Source of the DNA: Methylococcaceae bacterium UBA1147
GTDB taxonomy: Bacteria > Pseudomonadota > Gammaproteobacteria > Methylococcales > UBA1147
Assembly: GCA_002311315.1 (NCBI GenBank)
Contig: DBZZ01000076.1
Location: 45,401 to 109,400 of the forward strand
Length of the DNA: 64,000 bases
Direction of reading: 5' to 3'
In this document: in pieces, positions 10,193-20,399 of the stretch
Layout: each line of letters begins with the position of its first letter
Position numbering within the stretch: the stretch's first letter is position 1
Translations under genes and position numbers: made by a program
The notes under the pieces: generated by a model
The model's input: only the letters and a program-made list of their open reading frames with translations
What the model was told of the DNA's origin: nothing
Databases searched by the model: none

Positions 10193-10923
10193 AATAGTGT
10201 CCTGTTAGAAGTGATCCTTGGCGCGGCGCGACTGACGGCCGTAAAAATACAGCATTGAATGGCTAAAACAAATCTGCGGAAAACACAAAATGGATCAGGA
10301 ATGAGGTGAACTGGCCAGATCGTCATCCGACAAAATACCCAGACGCTTGGTTTTCCGAGGACAACTATTCAATAGTCAAAACTTTCGGACTTACTATCCT
10401 CCGATAGGCAATCGACGCTAAAGCCCCCTTTTATCAAGATACCGGATCCTCTAAGGAACCCGGCAACCGAGTCGATGCTGGAGTGTTTTTGAACCCGTTG
10501 CGGTTAGGCACGCTGGATCTTCGAGGCAAGATAACAACGCAATGAAAAACGGTCGTCGAGCGTATCGGCTAAGGAAACTGGAAAGGTGAAAGGTTCGTGC
10601 GTTCATGATCGATCAGGACCGAAGACCTGAACTCCGATTGATTGACTTGCCCCATCAGGGCACGGACATCTGGCTGAGCCTGAATGCTCCAGCCTTCCAG
10701 TTCGTTGACACGGCATTCGCGGCGATGATCACTTATGATGGGCAATTTAGAACCAGTTTGCCCGAATTGCAAAGTTTTGCCGGGAATGCGAGCAAAACCG
10801 CAACCAGTTGCAGAAAAAATTGACGAGCGTTCAGTGAGTCTAGAACAGCGGAAGAAAACAGCACCTGGTGACTATCTTGTACACGCCGCCCTTGCAGACA
10901 CCTGCAACAAACCACGTGTCGCA

Positions 10924-12858
10924 TCAAATTATGGCCAGATTACCTTTTTCCTCGAGCCAAACCCGGCGGTCTGCCGCCCGTTTCTTGGCAAGTAACAGGT
11001 CAAGACTGCCTAGCGTGTTGTCGCCGAGCTCGACCGAGAGTTGCACGAGTCGCCTCGTATCAGGATTCATTGTGGTTTCCCTGAGTTGGGAGGGATTCAT
11101 TTCTCCAAGCCCCTTGAACCTCTGAACATTCACCCTCCCTTTCAGCTTCTCTGCCTGTATCCGGTCCAGGATGCCTTGCCTTTCGGCATCGTCCAAGGCA
11201 TAGAAAACCTTGTTCCCCACATCGATCCGAAACAGGGGCGGCATTGCCGCGTAAACATGGCCCGCTTCAACCAGACGCGGGAAATGCCTGACGAACAGGG
11301 CACAAAGCAATGTAGCGATGTGGTTCCCATCAGAATCGGCATCGGCGAGAATGCAAATTTTCGCGTAACGAAGTGAATCAAGATTGTCAGAGCCCGGTTC
11401 CACCCCGATCGCAAGGGCAATATCGTGAACTTCCCGTGAACCCGCCACCTCGGAAGAATCCACCTCCCAGGTATTCAGGATCTTGCCCCGTAAGGGCATG
11501 ATGGCCTGGAAATCCTTGTCCCGTGCCTGCTTGGCTGACCCACCTGCCGAATCACCCTCAACCAAAAAGATTTCGCTGTACTCGGATTGCTGATTCGCAC
11601 AATCAGCGAGTTTACCGGGCAAGGCGGGGCCGTTTCCGGCTCTTTTGCGCACCACCTTCCTGGTCGACCTGATCCGGTTTTGGGCGTTCTGGATTGCAAT
11701 CTCGGCGATCCCTTCACCGACCTCCGGGTGCTGGTTGAGCCACAGACTGAACGAATCCTTAATCACGCCGGAAATAAAAGCCGCACATTGTCTGGAACTG
11801 AGCCGTTCCTTGGTCTGGCCGGAAAACTGAGGATCCTCGAGCTTGACGGAAATCACATAGTTGCAACGGTCCCAGACATCTTCAGGGGCCAGTTTGACCC
11901 CCCTAGGAAGGAGGCTTCGAAACTGGCAGAATTCACGAATCGCTTCGGTCAAACCAGACCTCATTCCGTTCACATGGGTTCCGCCCTGCACCGTTGGCAC
12001 CAGGTTCACATAACTTTCCGTGATACTGTCACGACCTTCTGTAATCCAGGCCACAGCCCAGTCAACAGCTTCCCGGCTGGCCTCCATCGAGCCACAGAAT
12101 GGTTCCTCAGGAAGGATTTCAATGCCCTCCCCTGCTTCGCTTAGAAGGTATTGCCCCAGGCCATCCGAATACAGCCAGTTTTCCTGAGTTTTGTTCTGTT
12201 CATCATGCAGTTCGATTTCCAGCCCCGGACAAAGCACCGCCTTAGCCCTGAGAAGATGAACCAATTTAGGCATCGAAAGCGAAGGACTATCAAAATATGA
12301 GGGGTTCGGCCAGAACCGGATCGTGGTCCCGGTATTCTTTCGACCCACAACCGCTGTTTCTATAAGATTTCCAGTCTTTTCACCGCCGACAAACATCATC
12401 TGGTACTGCTTTCCATTCCGTTTGATTTCAACTTCGAGATGACTGGAAAGCGCGTTGACCACCGACACCCCAACACCATGCAGACCACCAGAGAAGCGGT
12501 AGTTCTTGTTGGAAAACTTTGCACCGGAATGGAGCCGTGTCAGGATCACCTCCACGCCAGAAACGCCTTCCTCGGGATGGATATCTACCGGCATTCCGCG
12601 CCCATCATCAACGACCGCAATTCCACCATCTTCCTGCAATGTAACCCTGATTCTGCTTGCAAACCCCGCTATCGCCTCATCGACACTGTTATCAATCACT
12701 TCCTGTACCAGGTGGTTGGGCCGACTGGTATCGGTATACATACCGGGTCGCTTACGGACCGGGTCGAGCCCTGCAAGCACCTCGATCGAAGCTGCATCGT
12801 AATGTTCACTCATGGTGATAACTGGAACCTCGCCTTTGACAACTTCATCCTTAAACAT
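10924..12858 (-). CDS. parE: DNA topoisomerase IV subunit B
   Basis: GHKL ATPase and TOPRIM motifs: LAGLDPVRKRPGMYTD, EVIDNSVDEA, GGLHGVG, LVEGDSAGGSAKQARD, PLRGKILN. The true start may be the internal Met at 12810 (MSEHYDAASIEVL). Confidence 0.93.
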   Translation of the reverse strand: MFKDEVVKGEVPVITMSEHYDAASIEVLAGLDPVRKRPGMYTDTSRPNHLVQEVIDNSVDEAIAGFASRIRVTLQEDGGIAVVDDGRGMPVDIHPEEGVSGVEVILTRLHSGAKFSNKNYRFSGGLHGVGVSVVNALSSHLEVEIKRNGKQYQMMFVGGEKTGNLIETAVVGRKNTGTTIRFWPNPSYFDSPSLSMPKLVHLLRAKAVLCPGLEIELHDEQNKTQENWLYSDGLGQYLLSEAGEGIEILPEEPFCGSMEASREAVDWAVAWITEGRDSITESYVNLVPTVQGGTHVNGMRSGLTEAIREFCQFRSLLPRGVKLAPEDVWDRCNYVISVKLEDPQFSGQTKERLSSRQCAAFISGVIKDSFSLWLNQHPEVGEGIAEIAIQNAQNRIRSTRKVVRKRAGNGPALPGKLADCANQQSEYSEIFLVEGDSAGGSAKQARDKDFQAIMPLRGKILNTWEVDSSEVAGSREVHDIALAIGVEPGSDNLDSLRYAKICILADADSDGNHIATLLCALFVRHFPRLVEAGHVYAAMPPLFRIDVGNKVFYALDDAERQGILDRIQAEKLKGRVNVQRFKGLGEMNPSQLRETTMNPDTRRLVQLSVELGDNTLGSLDLLLAKKRAADRRVWLEEKGNLAII

Positions 12859-12994
12859 TTATCGTACCATTTTTGTATACCAAATCCGTGCGTACCAGCC
12901 CGACAAGATCGATTCCCCTTACAAAGGACTGACATCAATGGTGCAATCGAGTCCATCTTGATTGCCGAAACAATCGCTTACCCATCTGAGATTC

Positions 12995-13231
12995 ATGGCA
13001 AAGAAAACAACGCAGGTTCCCTTCGAAAAATCGCTTCAGGAACTGGAACAACTGGTCGAGCACCTGGAAAAGGGTGACATACCGCTGGAAGATTCGCTTC
13101 AATGCTTTGAACGTGGAATCCAATTGACCCGCGCCTGCCAGAAGGCGCTCCAAGAAGCCGAACAGAAAGTGGAAATCCTACTGCAAGACCAAGGCAACGA
13201 AAGACTTAAGCCCTTTTCCGATGAGTCCTGA
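12995..13231 (+). CDS. xseB: Exodeoxyribonuclease VII small subunit
   Basis: FEKSLQELEQLVEHLEKGDIPLEDSLQCFERGIQLTRACQKALQEAEQKVEIL. I chose the ATG at 12995 within the longer TTG-started ORF. The canonical xseB-ispA-dxs order supports the call. Confidence 0.85.
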   Translation: MAKKTTQVPFEKSLQELEQLVEHLEKGDIPLEDSLQCFERGIQLTRACQKALQEAEQKVEILLQDQGNERLKPFSDES

Positions 13232-14123
13232 AGAAAGAATGAAAGAATTCATGGAATCCAGTCAGGCGCGGGTCAATCAGGCGCTTGAGAACTGGCTGCC
13301 CGAAACCAGCCAAACTCCGCAAGGACTGCATGAGGCAATGCGCTATTCGGTCTTTAACGGCGGCAAGAGAATGCGCCCGATCCTGACCTATGCCACCGGC
13401 AAAGCACTGGGGCTTGATCTTGAATCACTAGATGGCGCCGCATGCGCCGTCGAACTGATTCACGCATACTCCCTGGTTCATGACGATCTGCCTGCGATGG
13501 ATGACGATAACCTCAGGCGCGGCAAACCCACTTGCCATATGGCATTTAACGAAGCGACAGCAATACTGGTCGGCGATGGCCTTCAGACGCTGGCCTTCCA
13601 GGTGCTTGCCTGCGATCAAACCTTGATCGTATCGGACGGCACCCGAGCAAAAATGATCGGATTGCTGGCTAAGGCCAGTGGATCGCACGGGATGGTGGGA
13701 GGGCAGGCAATCGATCTAGATTCCATAGGGATTGCACTGAATCTCCCTAGCTTGGAAAACATGCATGCTCATAAAACCGGTGCACTCATCCGCGCAAGTG
13801 TTGGACTGGCTAGCTCGGTCATCGATACATCTGGGGATGACAAGATTAAACACTTGGACTGTTACGCAAGCTGCATCGGACTGTCTTTCCAGATCCAGGA
13901 CGATATCCTTGATGAAGAAAGCGACACCGAGACACTGGGCAAAACCCAGGGTAAAGACCGCAACAATGACAAGCCCACCTACCCGGGACTGCTGGGCTTG
14001 GCTGGCGCCAAGCGAAAAGCCCTCGACCTGCACGCAGAAGCCCTGGACAACCTCTCTGGCTTTGGCGAAAATGCCGATATCCTCAGGTCCATTTCGCTTT
14101 ACATCATCCAGCGTCGGAATTAA
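13221..14123 (+). CDS. ispA: Farnesyl diphosphate synthase ((2E,6E)-FPP synthase)
   Basis: First and second Asp-rich motifs LVHDDLPAMDDDNLRRGKPTCH and FQIQDDILD. The start overlaps the xseB end by 11 nt. Confidence 0.9.
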   Translation: MSPEERMKEFMESSQARVNQALENWLPETSQTPQGLHEAMRYSVFNGGKRMRPILTYATGKALGLDLESLDGAACAVELIHAYSLVHDDLPAMDDDNLRRGKPTCHMAFNEATAILVGDGLQTLAFQVLACDQTLIVSDGTRAKMIGLLAKASGSHGMVGGQAIDLDSIGIALNLPSLENMHAHKTGALIRASVGLASSVIDTSGDDKIKHLDCYASCIGLSFQIQDDILDEESDTETLGKTQGKDRNNDKPTYPGLLGLAGAKRKALDLHAEALDNLSGFGENADILRSISLYIIQRRN

Positions 14124-14316
14124 TCCATCTCAGCATTGAACCATGTTGAACGCTTCAAAGCCTGATGGATCGAAAAACATTCTAACTTTTGCCAAAAAGC
14201 GACAACAAATACATACACAAAAACTCGGAAATGTTTTATTATTGATCGCTGTTCAGAGTCCTCACTGGGAATCATGTTGTATCTTAGCAACGTGTTAACC
14301 GGAAATCTGGTGGTCC

Positions 14317-16209
14317 ATGTCATCAACGAATATTTATCCCCTGCTTAAAAAAATTGATTCGCCGCAAGACTTGCGTCGACTTTCTGAAGATGAAGTTTTG
14401 CAAGTCGCAAACGAGTTACGTTCTTTCCTACTCAACAGCGTCAGCAAATCTGGCGGCCACCTCGCAGCAGGCTTGGGAACGGTTGAGCTGACTGTTGCCT
14501 TGCATTACGTGTTCGACACGCCCAAGGACCAGCTAGTTTGGGACGTTGGACACCAGGCCTATCCCCACAAGATTCTCACCGGACGCAGAGAATCGATTCA
14601 TACCATCCGGAAGAAAGACGGCCTGTCACCTTTTCCAAAACGGAAGGAAAACCCGTTTGACAGCTTCGGTGTAGGCCATTCAAGTACTTCGATCAGCGCT
14701 GCCCTCGGCATGGCAATCGCAGCCGCCCAGGACAACCGAGATCAGCAGATGATTGCCATCATCGGCGATGGGGGCATCACGGGCGGCATGGCTTTCGAAG
14801 CCCTGAATCATGCCGGCGTTCTAGACTCCAATCTCCTAGTCATACTGAATGACAATGAGATGTCGATTTCGCCGAACGTTGGCGCACTGAACAACTACCT
14901 TGCAAAAATTCTTTCAAGCAAGTTCTACTCGACGGTTCGCGAAGAGAGCAAGAAAGTGCTGAGTAAAATGCCCAGCGTCTGGGAACTCGCACGCCGCACC
15001 GAGGAACATATGAAAGGGATGGTTATTCCCGGGACGCTTTTTGAAGAACTGGGCTTCAACTACATCGGACCGATCGACGGCCATGACCTGCCGACACTGA
15101 TCAGTACGCTGCAAAATCTCCGAAATTTGCCCGGGCCCCGGTTCCTGCACGTAGTTACCCGGAAAGGCAAGGGTTACAAACCAGCGGAAAATGATCCGGT
15201 CGCGTACCACGGCGTCTCGTCATTCGACCCCGAACTTGATTACCTGCCGAAATCCAAGCCAGGCAAACCAACATATACCCAGGTATTTGGCGACTGGCTG
15301 TGCGACATGGCAAAGCAAGACCCTCGCCTTCTGGCCGTTACGCCCGCAATGCGTGAAGGATCCGGATTACTGAGATTTTCCAAAGAATTTCCAGATCGCT
15401 ACTTTGACGTTGCCATCGCCGAGCAACACTCAGTGACGGTCGCGGCGGGAATGGCCTGTGAGGGCTACAAGCCGGTGGTCGCGATTTATTCAACGTTTTT
15501 ACAGAGGGCCTACGACCAACTTATCCATGATGTCGCCGTTCAGGATCTCTCGGTCCTGTTTGCAATCGACCGTGCGGGTCTAGTCGGTCCAGACGGCCCG
15601 ACCCATGCCGGTAGTTTTGATTACAGCTACATGCGCTGCGTACCGAACCTGGTGGTCATGGCACCGGCCGACGAGAATGAATGCCGCCAGATGCTGTACA
15701 CCGGGTTCCTGCACGATGGACCTGCATCGGTCAGGTATCCGAGAGGAAAAGGTCCCGGTGTAGAAGTAGAACAAACCATGCAGGCACTCGAAATAGGAAA
15801 AGCCGAAGTCAGGAAAAAAGGTCAGCGTATCGCTCTACTCGGATTCGGATGCATGGTCCAGCCGGCGATGGAAATTGCCGACTCGCTCGAAGCCACGGTG
15901 GTCAACATGCGTTTTGTGAAACCGCTGGACGAACAGTTGCTGATCCAGATTACAGACAGTCATGACATACTGGTGACCCTTGAAGACAACGTTGTTGCCG
16001 GAGGAGCCGGAAGTGCTGTCAATGAATTCCTGCAGTCTCGCCAAATCAATACCCCAATTCTGAATATCGGCTTGCCCGATGCCTTTATCGAGCATGGCTC
16101 AAGAGAAGAGTGTCTGAGCGATGCCGGGCTGGACAAGGAAGGTATCCACAAGACCATTGCAGCCTACCTGAAAAACCGCGGGTCAATGGGTCATCAGAAA
16201 ACCGGCTAG
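14317..16209 (+). CDS. dxs: 1-deoxy-D-xylulose-5-phosphate synthase
   Basis: 630 aa with [38 protein letters not shown], the TPP-binding [19 protein letters not shown] and [15 protein letters not shown]. Confidence 0.95.
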   Translation: MSSTNIYPLLKKIDSPQDLRRLSEDEVLQVANELRSFLLNSVSKSGGHLAAGLGTVELTVALHYVFDTPKDQLVWDVGHQAYPHKILTGRRESIHTIRKKDGLSPFPKRKENPFDSFGVGHSSTSISAALGMAIAAAQDNRDQQMIAIIGDGGITGGMAFEALNHAGVLDSNLLVILNDNEMSISPNVGALNNYLAKILSSKFYSTVREESKKVLSKMPSVWELARRTEEHMKGMVIPGTLFEELGFNYIGPIDGHDLPTLISTLQNLRNLPGPRFLHVVTRKGKGYKPAENDPVAYHGVSSFDPELDYLPKSKPGKPTYTQVFGDWLCDMAKQDPRLLAVTPAMREGSGLLRFSKEFPDRYFDVAIAEQHSVTVAAGMACEGYKPVVAIYSTFLQRAYDQLIHDVAVQDLSVLFAIDRAGLVGPDGPTHAGSFDYSYMRCVPNLVVMAPADENECRQMLYTGFLHDGPASVRYPRGKGPGVEVEQTMQALEIGKAEVRKKGQRIALLGFGCMVQPAMEIADSLEATVVNMRFVKPLDEQLLIQITDSHDILVTLEDNVVAGGAGSAVNEFLQSRQINTPILNIGLPDAFIEHGSREECLSDAGLDKEGIHKTIAAYLKNRGSMGHQKTG

Positions 16210-16464
16210 AAAAGTTGGCCGACCTGTCAGCGTAGTCCCAGCCAGTCGGCATGTGTCCTGCGGTGAATATGGTCCCCAGGAAAAGCCTGGTTCAGAATCA
16301 TTTTCGCCCTGATTGTTCCGGAGCTAGGCCAGTCGGTTCTGCATGCAGATGCAGCGTAATGACTAACCGCGCGGTCACAGATCATTTTCACCCACTCCCC
16401 CACAAGAACAACTGTAGCCGCCGAGACTGATCCCGGCTTCACATCAACGGGAAAACACTCCAGT

Positions 16465-16488
16465 AAAAAAAAGCAGGAAGCCCTGCCT
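16465..16488 (-). terminator. Rho-independent terminator candidate downstream of hpnH
   Basis: The minus strand reads AGGCAGG-GCTT-CCTGCTT followed by a T run (TTTTTTTT). It lies about 55-75 nt past the hpnH stop. The plus strand has no T run after the hairpin. Confidence 0.55.
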
Positions 16489-16540
16489 TCGGACTAACCT
16501 GCCTTAATAACTCCAAACCCTGAACCAGAGTTAAAAGAGT

Positions 16541-17650
16541 CTATTTCGTAATTTCAAACTCGAGTATTGGCTTGACAACACTGCCCGTCGGCCCCAGGTT
16601 GTCGTATTCCGGCTTAACCTCCGGAATCATTTCACCCGAGGTTCTCGGTCCCCTGATAGAGGTCAAAAGGGCTTTCACAGGGTGGGCCAGCATATCCTCC
16701 ACTGCGGTGGATTCATACCCACAATGCGCCATGCAATTCGAACACTTGGGATTCTTTGAAGATCCGTAATTCTCCCAGGCTGTCTCCTCCATCAGTTCCG
16801 TGAAACTCTCCGCATAGCCTTCATCCACGAGCAGATAACAGGGTTTTTGCCACCCGAACACATTGCGTGTCGGGTTTCCCCATGGCGTACAGTTATAACG
16901 CTGATTCCCTGCCAGAAAATCGAGGTAAAGAGTCGAGTGATTGAACTTCCAGCCACGTCCTTTACCCAGGCTGAAGATTCCTCGGAAAAGTTCCTTGATC
17001 GGCTTGCCCTTGATGAAAACTTCCTGCTGTGGAGCATGATCGTAGCTGAAGCCAGGAGAGATGGTCACCCCTTCGACCCCCAGACTGGTGACATAATCCA
17101 GGAACTCCGCAACTTCGTCCGGCTTTTCGCCGTCGAAAAGAGTGCAATTGATATTAACCCTGAACCCCCGATCAAGCGCCATCTTGATTGCTTCCACTGC
17201 CCGATCGAAAACCCCTTCCTGACAAACCATTTCATCGTGCCGATCTCGATTACCGTCCAGGTGAACCGAGAAAGTCAGGTAAGGAGACGGCACATAATCA
17301 CCCATCCGCTTCTTAAGCAGCAAAGCGTTGGTACACAGGTAAACGAACTTCTTGCGTTTTATGATGCCCTCGACAATCTGCGGCAGTTCCTTGTGCAGCA
17401 GCGGTTCGCCCCCTGGGATCGAAACAATCGGTGCATCACATTCGTCCACCGCGTCAAGGCATTCCTCGACACTGAGACGCTTTTGCAGAATCTCCTCCGG
17501 ATAGTCGATCTTGCCGCAACCCGCACAAGCAAGATTACACTGGAACAGCGGTTCCAGCATCAACACCAGAGGGTAACGCTTGACGCCCTTGATCTTTTGT
17601 GTCAAAAGATATCGTGCAACGCTCAGCTGTTGCCTTAACGGTACGCTCAT
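16541..17650 (-). CDS. hpnH: Radical SAM adenosylhopane synthase (hopanoid side-chain extension), HpnH
   Basis: N-terminus YLLTQKIKGVKRYPLVLMLEPLFQCNLACAGCGKIDYP carries the CxxxCxxC radical SAM cluster motif. The 369-aa length and the hopanoid gene neighbourhood fit. Confidence 0.88.
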   Translation of the reverse strand: MSVPLRQQLSVARYLLTQKIKGVKRYPLVLMLEPLFQCNLACAGCGKIDYPEEILQKRLSVEECLDAVDECDAPIVSIPGGEPLLHKELPQIVEGIIKRKKFVYLCTNALLLKKRMGDYVPSPYLTFSVHLDGNRDRHDEMVCQEGVFDRAVEAIKMALDRGFRVNINCTLFDGEKPDEVAEFLDYVTSLGVEGVTISPGFSYDHAPQQEVFIKGKPIKELFRGIFSLGKGRGWKFNHSTLYLDFLAGNQRYNCTPWGNPTRNVFGWQKPCYLLVDEGYAESFTELMEETAWENYGSSKNPKCSNCMAHCGYESTAVEDMLAHPVKALLTSIRGPRTSGEMIPEVKPEYDNLGPTGSVVKPILEFEITK

Positions 17651-18645
17651 TTGCCTCCCCCATTGATAGTGGTATCACCTGAATTTCCGGTTTTCCTGGC
17701 CACTTTCATGGCCAGCCCAACGGGCAGGCGGAAAGTAACGGTTTCCGGCTCTGCATCCATTTCCACGATCTTGCCAATTCCCAATTCATCCAGTCTCTTC
17801 AGCACTTCCTGAACCAGCACTTCTGGAGTAGAAGCGCCTGCGGAAATACCAACCCGAAGATCCGGACTGAACCAAGACAGATCAAGATCACTTGCATCTT
17901 CAACCAGAAAGGAATTTACACCCATTTGTTCGCCAACTTCCCGAAGCCTGTTCGAATTGGAACTATTCCTTGCTCCGACCACGATCAGAAGGTCCACCTC
18001 TCCGGCGAGTTTCCTCACCGCTAACTGACGATTCTGCGTGGCATAGCAGATGTCGTCCTTCCGAGGCTCGATAACCCTAGGAAACTTTTTCTTGATAGCC
18101 ACCTGAATATTCTTGGTGTCATCCACGGACAGAGTGGTCTGAGTCACATAGGTCAGGCGAGAGGAATCCTTAACCCGCAGTTTTTCCACATCGCGTTCAT
18201 CCTGTACCAGATAAATCTCTCCGCCATAACTGCGGTCATAATGACCCAGGGTTCCATTAACCTCTGGATGCCCCGCATGACCGATCAGGATCACTTCGTT
18301 ACCGGCCTTGGCATTGCGAACCACTTCGAGATGAACTTTGGTCACCAGCGGACACGTTGCATTGAGCACATTCAAGCCACGAGCTTCAGCATCGACGATC
18401 ATCTTTTCGGCTACGCCGTGGGCACTGAAAACCGTCACTGCATCGGCCGGCACTTCATCCAGCGTTTCCACAAACACGGCTCCCCTACCCCTGAGGTCCT
18501 CGACGACTCGCTGGTTGTGGACAATTTCGTGAACCACATAGACCGGCGCTCCGTAGATCTCCAGGGCGGATTCCACGATCTCAATTGCCCTGACTACACC
18601 GGCACAAAACCCTCTCGGCTGGGTCATCAAAATATCCACTAGCAA
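17647..18645 (-). CDS. ispH: 4-hydroxy-3-methylbut-2-enyl diphosphate reductase (IspH/LytB)
   Basis: PRGFCAGVVRAIEIVE, ATCPLVTKVH, HPEVNGTLG and NSSNSNRL. The stop overlaps the hpnH start (ATGA, 17647-17650). The C-terminal tail of about 30 aa is not typical of IspH. Confidence 0.9.
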   Translation of the reverse strand: MLVDILMTQPRGFCAGVVRAIEIVESALEIYGAPVYVVHEIVHNQRVVEDLRGRGAVFVETLDEVPADAVTVFSAHGVAEKMIVDAEARGLNVLNATCPLVTKVHLEVVRNAKAGNEVILIGHAGHPEVNGTLGHYDRSYGGEIYLVQDERDVEKLRVKDSSRLTYVTQTTLSVDDTKNIQVAIKKKFPRVIEPRKDDICYATQNRQLAVRKLAGEVDLLIVVGARNSSNSNRLREVGEQMGVNSFLVEDASDLDLSWFSPDLRVGISAGASTPEVLVQEVLKRLDELGIGKIVEMDAEPETVTFRLPVGLAMKVARKTGNSGDTTINGGGK

Positions 18646-19247
18646 TACCCTCGTTATAATTGTTCCTTATTTCAGCGTCCCCGCCTTGAATCAGGGAATT
18701 GACACGAACCAGCGTTGTCGTTATTTTGCAACATCTAAACAGCTATCACTGAACCTGTCACCTGAGTACCTGCAAGCCCTCGCCATTCATCACCTAATAT
18801 AGGACACGTAAAAATGTGGGCACAGAAAACCTGATTCGATAGATAATTTTACTGGAAAATTAAGCCATTATCCAGAAACGAATGCAACCTGGCCATCAAC
18901 TTGGTGCAATAAAATCCAAGATTTGGCAAAACACAACAAATAGGAGGACAGCGAAGAACTATCGCCGACTTCCCAACAAACATTGTCATACCTTGACTCG
19001 ACCGGAAATTTCTATAGAATTCATTCAACTAAATTCTGATCTCTGTCGATACAGTAGAGGAAAATCTACGGAAAAATCAAACCGAATAATTGTTGTATTT
19101 TACCCAGTTCGAGATTTTCGAAAAAACCGGACCCACAAGAAAACCTCTAACGAGGAAATTGAAATAACCTGATTTCTATTTTAGACAGAAGCTTAGACTA
19201 TTTTCAGACACAAACCTGGCTCCGTACTGCCTTGTATTTTTTACAAT

Positions 19248-20333
19248 ATGATTAATGCAGCTGTCAAAATCTCTACCATGACTGTCCCAGAAGCGGAAAG
19301 CGTATTCGACCCCCCACTGGCAGAATTGTCGGATCTGGAAATGCAAACAATCCTTCTGGAGGGAGTCTCCCGGACATTTGCGATGACAATCCCGCAACTT
19401 CCGGAAGAACTATACACGGTGGTTGCCAACGCTTATCTGCTTTGCAGAACAGTGGATACGATTGAGGATGAGGTCAGCCTATCTACCGAGGCCAAAAGGG
19501 AATTTTGTAGAAGATTCATCGGCGTTGTAAAAAACACGGAGGATGCAGCAGGTTTCGCCACTGACCTGCACCCTCTGCTTTCGCAACAAACCATCCCTGC
19601 AGAACACGAGCTGATCGGCCATCTTGACCGGGTCATTGGCATTACCCACAGCTTCTCGACGGAACAGCAGGCGGCGCTCGTGACCTGCATAGAAACAATG
19701 GCCGGCGAAATGCCTGAATTCCAGGACCTGGATCTCCACTGTGGGCTAAAAACAATGGCGGATATGGACCGCTATTGCTACTGCGTGGCCGGTTGCGTTG
19801 GAGAAATGCTTTCGAGACTCTTCTGCGCTTATTCGCCGGAAATCGCTCAACACCAGCAAAGGATGCTCGAACTGTCGGTTTCTTTTGGCCAGGGGTTGCA
19901 GATGACCAATATTCTAAAGGACATCTGGGATGATCACCGGCGTTCGGTATGCTGGCTGCCGCAGGACAAGTTTACCAATCCGGCTTTCAATCTCGAGGAA
20001 CTGACCCCGAACCACAACAGCCCCGCATTCCGGAAAGGTCTGGAACAATTGGTCGCCATTGCCCACCTCCATCTGCGGAATGCCCTGGAATACACATTGC
20101 TGATTCCAAAAACAGAAACCGGTATTCGCTACTTTTGCCTCTGGGCTCTTGGCATGGCCGTGCTGACACTGAAAGAAATCAAGGCCAATCTGGACTTTGC
20201 GGCTCCCGATCAGGTCAAAATCTCACGACGGGCCGTCAAGTCAACGGTGCTGGCCACGCGTCTGGCCGTACGAAGTGACCTGGCGCTCAAAGCACTTTTC
20301 GCCATCACTTCGTACGGCCTTAAAAGCCGATGA
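19248..20333 (+). CDS. sqs: Squalene synthase, single-enzyme (eukaryote-like Sqs) type
   Basis: Squalene/phytoene synthase family. SRTFAMTIPQLPEELYTVVANAYLLCRTVDTIEDE parallels the SRSFA...YLVLRALDTLEDD pattern of squalene synthases. The second Asp-rich region is NILKDIWDD. It lies directly upstream of shc. Confidence 0.8.
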   Translation: MINAAVKISTMTVPEAESVFDPPLAELSDLEMQTILLEGVSRTFAMTIPQLPEELYTVVANAYLLCRTVDTIEDEVSLSTEAKREFCRRFIGVVKNTEDAAGFATDLHPLLSQQTIPAEHELIGHLDRVIGITHSFSTEQQAALVTCIETMAGEMPEFQDLDLHCGLKTMADMDRYCYCVAGCVGEMLSRLFCAYSPEIAQHQQRMLELSVSFGQGLQMTNILKDIWDDHRRSVCWLPQDKFTNPAFNLEELTPNHNSPAFRKGLEQLVAIAHLHLRNALEYTLLIPKTETGIRYFCLWALGMAVLTLKEIKANLDFAAPDQVKISRRAVKSTVLATRLAVRSDLALKALFAITSYGLKSR

Positions 20334-20399
20334 AAGCCCCGGCATCTTGACCAGCAACAACAAACTTCAATTCTAACCAGGCCTATAAACGAATCTACC

